Shown here: piece after piece, positions 57,840 through 64,000 of the stretch
How positions within the stretch are numbered: position 1 is the first letter of the stretch
Layout: each line of letters begins with the position of its first letter
Origin: Candidatus Latescibacterota bacterium
GTDB taxonomy: Bacteria > Latescibacterota > UBA2968 > UBA8231
Length of the DNA stretch: 64,000 nucleotides
Direction of reading: 5' to 3'
Assembly (NCBI GenBank): GCA_965204725.1
Contig: OZ242005.1
Span: 3,200,001 to 3,264,000, forward strand
Notes under the pieces: generated by a model
The model's input: only the letters and a program-made list of their open reading frames with translations
What the model was told of the DNA's origin: nothing
Databases searched by the model: none
Position numbers and translations under genes: made by a program

Positions 57840-59997
57840 ATGGCTGCGAGATGAGGTGATAGAAAGAGCAAGACGCGCGCTTCGTCGCCCAGTGCTCAAG
57901 CGGCTGCTGCTCTACGCCGCGTGCTTTTTTGCCTTGTACGCGGTTGTCGGCGTGAGTGCCTATTTGATCTTCAACGACAATTTGCCCGACATCGACGCTT
58001 GGAGCTTCCGGCCCAAACGGGTCACCAATGTGTATTCGGCCGACGGCCGCCTCTTGCAGGATTTCCTCGAGGAAAACCGCGAAATCGTCACCTACGAGGA
58101 AGTCCCCGCGTCTATGTGGGCCGCTCTCCTCGCGACTGAGGACCGGCGTTTCTTCTCGCATTGGGGCATCGATCTCTACCGCATCCCCGGATCGCTGCTG
58201 GCCAACCTCAAGGACCGCCGCCTCGTCGGTCAGGGGGCCAGTACGCTCACCCAGCAACTCGCCCGCAATATCTTCGCCGAAGTTGGCACGCAGCGCAGCA
58301 GCGCCTCCTTTGCGGACGTGGTGGCCACGTACGCGCGCAAGATCCGCGAACAAATCACCGCCGTCTTAATCGAGCGCCTGTACACCAAGCCCGAGATAAT
58401 GACCATGTACCTCAACACGGTCTATTTCGGCCACGGGGCCTACGGGGTTAAGGCGGCGGCGCGCCTGTACTTTGACAGCGAAGTCGATCAGCTCGCGCTC
58501 CAAGAGAACGCCCTGCTCGTCGGGCTGCTACAGAGGCCCAATGCGTACAGCCCCCTGCGCCACCCCGACCGCGCCCGCAAGCGCCGCAACGTGGTGCTGT
58601 ATAGCATGGCCGCCAACGGCGCGATTACTGCGGCCGAGCGCGATTCCCTGTGCGACGAACCCATCGCCGCCCGCAAACGCCGCCGCGAGGAGACTTATGG
58701 CTTGGCCCCGTATTTTGTCGAGTACGTCCGCCAGCAGATGCAGCGCGAGTTTGGCATGGCAATCTATCGCGAGGGCTTTGTGGTCCACACCACCCTCGAC
58801 TCGCGCTTACAGCAAATCGCCGAAAAACACTTTGCCGTTGAAATAAGCAAGGTGCAGAAAAAGGTGGATCAGCACCTGGCGGCCGTGGGCGCGACCCCGG
58901 GGATGCGCGACTCGGCCGTAGTCCAAGCCGCCTTCGTGGCCATGGACCCGGCCACCGGCCACATCTTGGCCATGATTGGGGGCCGCGACTTCGGCCGCAG
59001 CAAATTCAACCGCGCTACCCAAGCCAAGCGGCAGCCGGGGTCTGCGTTCAAGCCCTTTGTGTACACGGCCGCCATCGACAACAATCGCTTTGCGGTGGAC
59101 GTACTCGACGACAACGCCTTTACGCTGTGGGACCACAAACGCGAACAGTTTTGGGACCCGGAAAACTACGACAAGAAGTTCAAGGGGCCGATGACGTTGC
59201 GCGACGGGCTGAAACAGTCGCGCAACCTCATCTCCATTAAGCTGGCCGACGAACTCGGCCCGCCCCTAATTCGCAGCTATGCCCGCAACATGGGCATATC
59301 CACGCCCATCCAAGCCATCCCCTCCATCGGCGTCGGCACCAGCGAGGTGCAACTGCTTGACTTAGTGGCGGCGTACGCGGTTTTCCCCAACAAGGGTATT
59401 TACGTGGAGCCTATGGCGATCAGCCGCTTGGAGAGGAAGGACGGCGCTGTCTTTTTTGCGCGGGAAAGCGGCCCCAAGCAGGAGGTGCTGCGGCCGGCCG
59501 TGGCCGTGGTTGTCGCGGATATGCTGCGCTCAGTCGTCGATGAAGTCGGCGGCACCGGACGCCGCATCCGCACGAGCTACAACTTCCGGCCCCAAGCGGC
59601 CGGCAAAACCGGCACGACCAACGACTACACGGATGCGTGGTTCATCGGCTTTACGCCTCACCTCGTAGCCGGGGTCTGGGTCGGGATGGACGACCCCGGC
59701 CTGCGTCTGTGGCCCAAGCAGGCCGGCTCTTCGGCGGCCTTGCCTTTGTGGGCGGCGTTTATGAAGGAGGTGTATGAGGCTGTGGAACCCTATCGCAGCC
59801 TGAAAAGCCGCGGGTTTGAGTATCCAGAGGACCTCGTCGTACACCGGGCGGTCTGCAACGACACCCACAAAATCGCCACTCGCTTCTGCCCCGAGCAGCG
59901 CGAGGAGATCTTCATCGCGGGCGAGGTCCTGCCGAGCACATGCCCCCTGCACGGACGGCCCCCAGAGCAGGATCCCGGGCACATCCAGCGGTTTTGA
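57832..59997 (+). CDS. Class A penicillin-binding protein (PBP1A family)
   Basis: EDRRFF.H.G, QGASTLTQQL, YLN; SAFK, SRN, KTGT. Confidence 0.93.
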   Translation: MNKWLRDEVIERARRALRRPVLKRLLLYAACFFALYAVVGVSAYLIFNDNLPDIDAWSFRPKRVTNVYSADGRLLQDFLEENREIVTYEEVPASMWAALLATEDRRFFSHWGIDLYRIPGSLLANLKDRRLVGQGASTLTQQLARNIFAEVGTQRSSASFADVVATYARKIREQITAVLIERLYTKPEIMTMYLNTVYFGHGAYGVKAAARLYFDSEVDQLALQENALLVGLLQRPNAYSPLRHPDRARKRRNVVLYSMAANGAITAAERDSLCDEPIAARKRRREETYGLAPYFVEYVRQQMQREFGMAIYREGFVVHTTLDSRLQQIAEKHFAVEISKVQKKVDQHLAAVGATPGMRDSAVVQAAFVAMDPATGHILAMIGGRDFGRSKFNRATQAKRQPGSAFKPFVYTAAIDNNRFAVDVLDDNAFTLWDHKREQFWDPENYDKKFKGPMTLRDGLKQSRNLISIKLADELGPPLIRSYARNMGISTPIQAIPSIGVGTSEVQLLDLVAAYAVFPNKGIYVEPMAISRLERKDGAVFFARESGPKQEVLRPAVAVVVADMLRSVVDEVGGTGRRIRTSYNFRPQAAGKTGTTNDYTDAWFIGFTPHLVAGVWVGMDDPGLRLWPKQAGSSAALPLWAAFMKEVYEAVEPYRSLKSRGFEYPEDLVVHRAVCNDTHKIATRFCPEQREEIFIAGEVLPSTCPLHGRPPEQDPGHIQRF

Positions 59998-60022
59998 CGA
60001 TCACCCAAGTACGCGACCCCTA

Positions 60023-60092
60023 TCTGCTGTTGCCGCTACGTCCGGGATCGAGGGCGTCCCGCCCTCGACGAGGGCAAGATGCCCTCGATCCT
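60023..60092. repeat. 70-bp dispersed REP-like element (copy 2)
   Basis: Near-identical to 15728-15797; lies between convergent genes. Confidence 0.9.
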
Positions 60093-60128
60093 GAGAAAGC
60101 TGGGGGCTAGTGGCGCGTAGTACGAAGC

Positions 60129-61883
60129 TCACAAAACGAAGAAGATGTAGAACAGCCCGCCGAGAATGCCGGCCGATAGGCCGCGCACAATGGCCTTGTT
60201 TTCTGGTTTGAGGACCGTTTGTTCGACCATGTCGCCCCCCCCTAAGACCTCGTGCAATCCCTTGGACACTAGGTCCGAGCGATAGGCTTGGACGCGGCGG
60301 TCCCAGCGCACGATGCGGTCGGCGGTCGTTTCTATCCTGAGAAAGAGGTCACCATAAGCCTCGCGCCGCTGTTGGTTGCTCCAAAGGAGTAGCCGCCGGG
60401 CCGCTGGCGAGTATATCACCCGCGCCCGGACTAGCCGATAGTACACCACGTCGGCTGGTGCGTCTTCTGGCTGGCGCACGAGCACCTGATAGCCCCGCCG
60501 CTGCAACGTCTCGATCAGGGCGTCCTCAACGACCCAGTTGGCCTCGTTTCTGGGGTCTTCGGCTTGGAGGAAAAGCCGCGTACTGGGGGATAGGGGCAGG
60601 GCATCCATCTGGTGGTCTAAGGCGCGGACAAAGGCTTGGTTGATCAACTGCAAGTCCGTGGGCGTTTGCTGGGCATCGCCTTGAGCTTGGGCCGCTTCCT
60701 TCCACACCACGCGGATTGTGTTCGCCCCGCGCAGGGGAATGAACTCCTCCCGCCCCAAGGGCTTACAGGCACTCGGCCAAGTAAAAGGCCCCGGGCGCTG
60801 CGGCACCGCTTCGAGGGTCACCCGAATCGCCGCGCCCGCGCCCAAGCTATCCAAGCCGCTCACCAGCAGGGTCGGTGCGGCTCCTTCGTCGCTTGGCACG
60901 AGCGTCGCGCCCGGCGGCCCTTCTACCAAGGAGACATCTGAGAACGCCGGCGCGATTTGCAGGCGCACCGCCGCGAGGCCGATGGGGTCGGTGCTCTCGT
61001 TGCGCCATACGCAGGTGACGGCCCCGCGCTTGCCCACCTCCATAAACCCACTCTCCAACGCCATCACCGGCAGCGGGTCCACCTGTACGTGCCGGGTCGC
61101 CAAGGCCACCGGACTCTGACCAGCGACCCGTGCAGTGCCCGCCAAGGGCAGGGGGCCGAGGTGGGCCGAAGACACGCGCGCCGACCAAGAAAGCGTGTCG
61201 GCCTGCCCGGGGGCCAAGCGGCCCTCCCAACGCTGCGGAGCGTCGCCTTCCGGCCAACTCAGTTCCGGCGGCCAGTGCCAGTTCAGTTCTTCTAAGGGCG
61301 GTCCTTCGTCGAGGCGCACAATCGCACGCAAGTCAAAGTGCTCGCCCTGATAGACGCGCTGTGGCTCAATGGACCACGAAATGGCGGGCGGGGGGCGCAC
61401 CGCTAGGTTGAATTCGATCTGGTGGGCCGGAGCACCCTGTGGATCGAGCGAGGAGTAGATGGCCGCGGACCAGCCGATGTTGCCTACCTCGGCAGCGGCT
61501 AGGTCGATGTAGAGCGTGTCGGTGGGTTCGCCAGCCAAAGGGCGCGCCGCATAGTCGATGTGGACGGATGCGACCGCGAGTTGCGCGTGGCCTAGTGCTG
61601 AGCGGGCGTCGTGCAAACGCGCATTGCCGAGGCACTCAAGCTCCGTGCGTACTATGGCTTCGCCATCGCCGGGAAAGTAGTGCAAATAGAGGATGGACTG
61701 CTGATCCAAGGCCGGCCCGGCAATCGCCGGTTGGTCTAGGTGCATACTGAGCGTCGAGCGGGCGCTCGACGGTGCCGCTGCTGCCCACAGCGCGACGACC
61801 ACCCCTAGCCAATAGCTGCCATAACGGCCCGCTCTCTCTCTGCCCTGAAGGCCGCGCCTTCCTGCTGTCCTTCGGGTTGCCAT
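60129..61883 (-). CDS. Hypothetical exported protein with Ig-like domains and C-terminal TM anchor
   Basis: Signal-like N-terminus, beta-rich repeats, hydrophobic C-terminus (GILGGLFYIFFVL). Confidence 0.65.
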   Translation of the reverse strand: MATRRTAGRRGLQGRERAGRYGSYWLGVVVALWAAAAPSSARSTLSMHLDQPAIAGPALDQQSILYLHYFPGDGEAIVRTELECLGNARLHDARSALGHAQLAVASVHIDYAARPLAGEPTDTLYIDLAAAEVGNIGWSAAIYSSLDPQGAPAHQIEFNLAVRPPPAISWSIEPQRVYQGEHFDLRAIVRLDEGPPLEELNWHWPPELSWPEGDAPQRWEGRLAPGQADTLSWSARVSSAHLGPLPLAGTARVAGQSPVALATRHVQVDPLPVMALESGFMEVGKRGAVTCVWRNESTDPIGLAAVRLQIAPAFSDVSLVEGPPGATLVPSDEGAAPTLLVSGLDSLGAGAAIRVTLEAVPQRPGPFTWPSACKPLGREEFIPLRGANTIRVVWKEAAQAQGDAQQTPTDLQLINQAFVRALDHQMDALPLSPSTRLFLQAEDPRNEANWVVEDALIETLQRRGYQVLVRQPEDAPADVVYYRLVRARVIYSPAARRLLLWSNQQRREAYGDLFLRIETTADRIVRWDRRVQAYRSDLVSKGLHEVLGGGDMVEQTVLKPENKAIVRGLSAGILGGLFYIFFVL

Positions 61884-61937
61884 TTGGTTCGCCCTTCGTC
61901 TCAAATTGCCGCGTACTGGCCCGTAGCCAAAAAAGCC

Positions 61938-61962
61938 TAACTTGATTTTTAACTGTAACTTA
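61938..61962. promoter_or_regulatory. Spaced palindrome TAACT-N15-ACTTA (recurring motif, copy 4)
   Basis: Lies in a divergent intergenic region. Confidence 0.5.
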
Positions 61963-62117
61963 CGTCTAGTTCAAGCCTAATGTACGACGCGGGTGCTGTC
62001 AAGGTAGAAGCCCCGGTCTGCATCCTTGGAAAGGCTTGACTGAATCCGTGCGCTCCGCTAGGTTGTACACTAGCTTTAGCTGGCCATCACCCTTACCGGA
62101 CGCACGGATTGGAACGC

Positions 62118-62146
62118 GGCGTGGCCGAAAGGCCGCGCCTCTCTTT
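62118..62146 (+). terminator. GNRA-capped hairpin with pyrimidine tail directly before a start codon
   Basis: GGCGTGGCC-GAAA-GGCCGCGCC-TCTCTTT-ATG. Confidence 0.45.
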
Positions 62147-62803
62147 ATGCTAGACTGGCTATTTCCCGCGCTCTGTGCCCTCGGCGCGCTCGCCCTCGGT
62201 GCATTGTGCGCCCCTATGACCCTTGCCTTGCGCTGTCGGCGCGAGGGCTTGCCCGAGTCTTGGGAATGGGGTGTGCGGCTGTCCTTTTTTTGGGGGGGGC
62301 TAGGATTGGGGCTACGCTGGAAAGCCGAGGGCCTGTCCCTCGCGCCGGTGCTCTGCGGCCAATTCCTACCGTACCCCTTCCTGCCGCTGCGGCCCGCGGT
62401 GAAGCACCGGCAAAGAGCACGGCAAAAGGCCGCGCCCGAGGCCGCGCCCAAAGTCAGCGAGCGGCACTGGAGCACACTCGTGCGCCTGCTGGTCAAGCCC
62501 AGCGTTAGGCTCTTGGCGAGTCTGCCGCGCACCATTCGGCTCAAAAGGCTGCGAATCGAGGGCCGCTTGGGCTTTGCCGACCCGGCCCAAACCGGGCGAA
62601 TCTATGGCTATTTGCAGGCGGTTGCCGCGCACCGAGGAAGGGTCCAGATAAACGTCAGCCCGGATTTCGTGCGCCCGGGGGCCTTTGGCCGTTTGGATTT
62701 GGTCGCCCATCTGTATATGGGCTTGTTCATTTTACTCTTGGGGCGTTTTGGCTGGCAGGTGGCATCTCGTTTGTTAGTCGCGCGCCTCCGACCCGACCAC
62801 TAA
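62147..62803 (+). CDS. DUF2953 (YtfI-like) membrane protein
   Basis: GFADPAQTGRIYG, V.PDF motifs; sits upstream of the ytfJ-like gene. Confidence 0.75.
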   Translation: MLDWLFPALCALGALALGALCAPMTLALRCRREGLPESWEWGVRLSFFWGGLGLGLRWKAEGLSLAPVLCGQFLPYPFLPLRPAVKHRQRARQKAAPEAAPKVSERHWSTLVRLLVKPSVRLLASLPRTIRLKRLRIEGRLGFADPAQTGRIYGYLQAVAAHRGRVQINVSPDFVRPGAFGRLDLVAHLYMGLFILLLGRFGWQVASRLLVARLRPDH

Positions 62804-62829
62804 GCCCAATCTAAGCCGAGGAGCTTTTC

Positions 62830-63204
62830 ATGGCATCGTCTGTAGAATCCCTAGTTGAGCGCGTCCTAGGCGAGTTGCACCGCATCGTGCAAACGGAAAC
62901 CGTCATCGGGCAGCCGTTTCAGGCTGGCGACTTGACCATTATTCCGGTGTCGAAAATATCGTTTGGCTTTGGCGCCGGCGGCGGGCAGGAGGGCAAGGGG
63001 CAGAGCGGGACGGGCGGCGGCGCGAACATCGAACCCATTGCCTTCCTCATCGTCGATGCCGACGGCCGGGTGCAGGTGGCAGCTATCGGCGATCAAGAGG
63101 CCGGTTGGAGTCAGATCATCGGGCTGGTGCCCGAAGCCATCGGCAAGATCAAGAAGTTCGTCCGCAAGAACAAAGACAAAGACGCCGAGGCCGAGCGCGC
63201 CTGA
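62830..63204 (+). CDS. GerW/YtfJ family protein
   Basis: TVIG.P, IIPVSKISFGFGAGG, GGG..IEP.AFL. Confidence 0.88.
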   Translation: MASSVESLVERVLGELHRIVQTETVIGQPFQAGDLTIIPVSKISFGFGAGGGQEGKGQSGTGGGANIEPIAFLIVDADGRVQVAAIGDQEAGWSQIIGLVPEAIGKIKKFVRKNKDKDAEAERA

Positions 63205-63210
63205 GGCCCC

Positions 63211-63732
63211 TCAGTGGTGGTCTTGGCTGGTGGGGAATACCTTGAAGCGCCCGTCTAGCAACAGGTGGGTGTACCAACCGACGATGCAGGCCACAAAGAA
63301 AACCACGTGCCCTTCGAGCAGGGTGTACACGTTGTCCCAAGTAAATTCCCCCATAAAAGCCTGCCGCGCCCGCCAGTATTCGTAGCTCATGCCCAGCAAT
63401 CCCACGGTGATGAACGGACTAATTTTCGAGTGCGTCCAGCCGCGGTGGTGGTCCAAAAGCGGTAGGATGCACAAGATGCCCACGAGCGTCGCCAACTCGT
63501 AGTGCTCGGTCCAGCCCAGATAGAGCAAGGTGCATAAGACGCAGCGGAAGAACCACCGCTGTACTACCGAAGCGGTGTCCAAGTCGGGAAAGAGGGAGAA
63601 AAACAGCGCGGTGCCGCCGACAGCGGCTTGGGTCGTCAGGTCGTCGGGCGCGACCCAGCCCAAGTAGGTCGCGCCCGCCGCGACTCCACCGCCCGCGACG
63701 ACGCCTCCCAAGACATGTCCCTTGAAGTTCAC
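63211..63732 (-). CDS. Membrane metal-dependent hydrolase (YdjM-like)
   Basis: F.GH, LFPDLD, HRGWTHS, GWYTHLLLD. Confidence 0.82.
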   Translation of the reverse strand: MNFKGHVLGGVVAGGGVAAGATYLGWVAPDDLTTQAAVGGTALFFSLFPDLDTASVVQRWFFRCVLCTLLYLGWTEHYELATLVGILCILPLLDHHRGWTHSKISPFITVGLLGMSYEYWRARQAFMGEFTWDNVYTLLEGHVVFFVACIVGWYTHLLLDGRFKVFPTSQDHH

Positions 63733-63736
63733 GCTC

Positions 63737-64000
63737 TCAAGCTCGTTTGGTTTGCTGGTGGTAAAGCTGGCCGCAGGCCGCGTCGATGTCCCGCCCGCGA
63801 CTGTGGCGCACTGTAAACTCGACGCCGCAGCCTTTGAGCACTTGGTAAAACTGCGCTAGACGCTGGCGGGCGGGCCGCCGGAAGCGGGGGTCTGCGGCCG
63901 TTTCGTTGTAGGGTATGAGGTTGATCTTGCAGGGAATGTTGCGGGTCAGTTCGGCTAGCCGCCGGGCGTCCGCGTCCGCATCGGTCAACCCGGCCATGAG
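63737..64000 (-). CDS. rlmN: 23S rRNA/tRNA m2A methyltransferase, C-terminal part (partial)
   Basis: KINLIPYN, RGRDIDAACGQL. Confidence 0.92.
   Translation of the reverse strand, partial: LMAGLTDADADARRLAELTRNIPCKINLIPYNETAADPRFRRPARQRLAQFYQVLKGCGVEFTVRHSRGRDIDAACGQLYHQQTKRA

Noticed and set aside
62285-62299. T7G8 tract, and C8 at 60235-60242, as phase-variation sites
   Set aside because: Both are short, in frame and explained by Phe/Trp/Gly codons.

Overview
High-GC bacterial chromosomal window. The diderm envelope genes (TolC, lipoproteins), a FlgD-Ig/T9SS-like C-terminal sorting domain and FN3, He_PIG and ankyrin proteins suggest an FCB-group organism such as Latescibacterota or Gemmatimonadota, possibly host-associated; this is inference only. 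From left to right the window holds: two tandem FN3-PQQ sugar dehydrogenase paralogues, one fused to cytochrome c; an ilvC-leuA-leuC-(hicBA)-leuD-leuB-cimA operon with a Leu/Ile leader peptide; a ~14 kb surface-glycan locus (three chondroitin/hyaluronan-synthase-like GT2s, another GT, a GT-C-like membrane protein, sulfotransferase, methyltransferase, HTTM protein, deacetylase, flippase); four mosaic tandem AAA-ATPase/PD-(D/E)XK genes with an inserted ToxA-like methyltransferase, followed by Uma2 and Doc relics; argJ, an aminotransferase and accA; a minus-strand run of uvrA-like, M24 peptidase, queC, DMFase-like, queF and a hypothetical; a TolC / MlaC-DUF3047 / MlaC / MMPL operon; an inverted-repeat-flanked rpn gene with an internal RpnS start next to a 5'-truncated Ig-repeat surface protein; ankyrin and tRNA-Gly; a TPR/VCBS/ASPIC lipoprotein overlapping PBP1A; ytfI/ytfJ-like genes, a membrane hydrolase and partial rlmN. 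The best candidates for novel systems are the glycosaminoglycan-like sulfated glycan locus, the recombining ATPase-nuclease array, the adaptor-less RND-MlaC-TolC lipid transport operon and a recurring TAAnT-N15-AnTTA intergenic motif. All family assignments are by eye from motifs; no searches were run.
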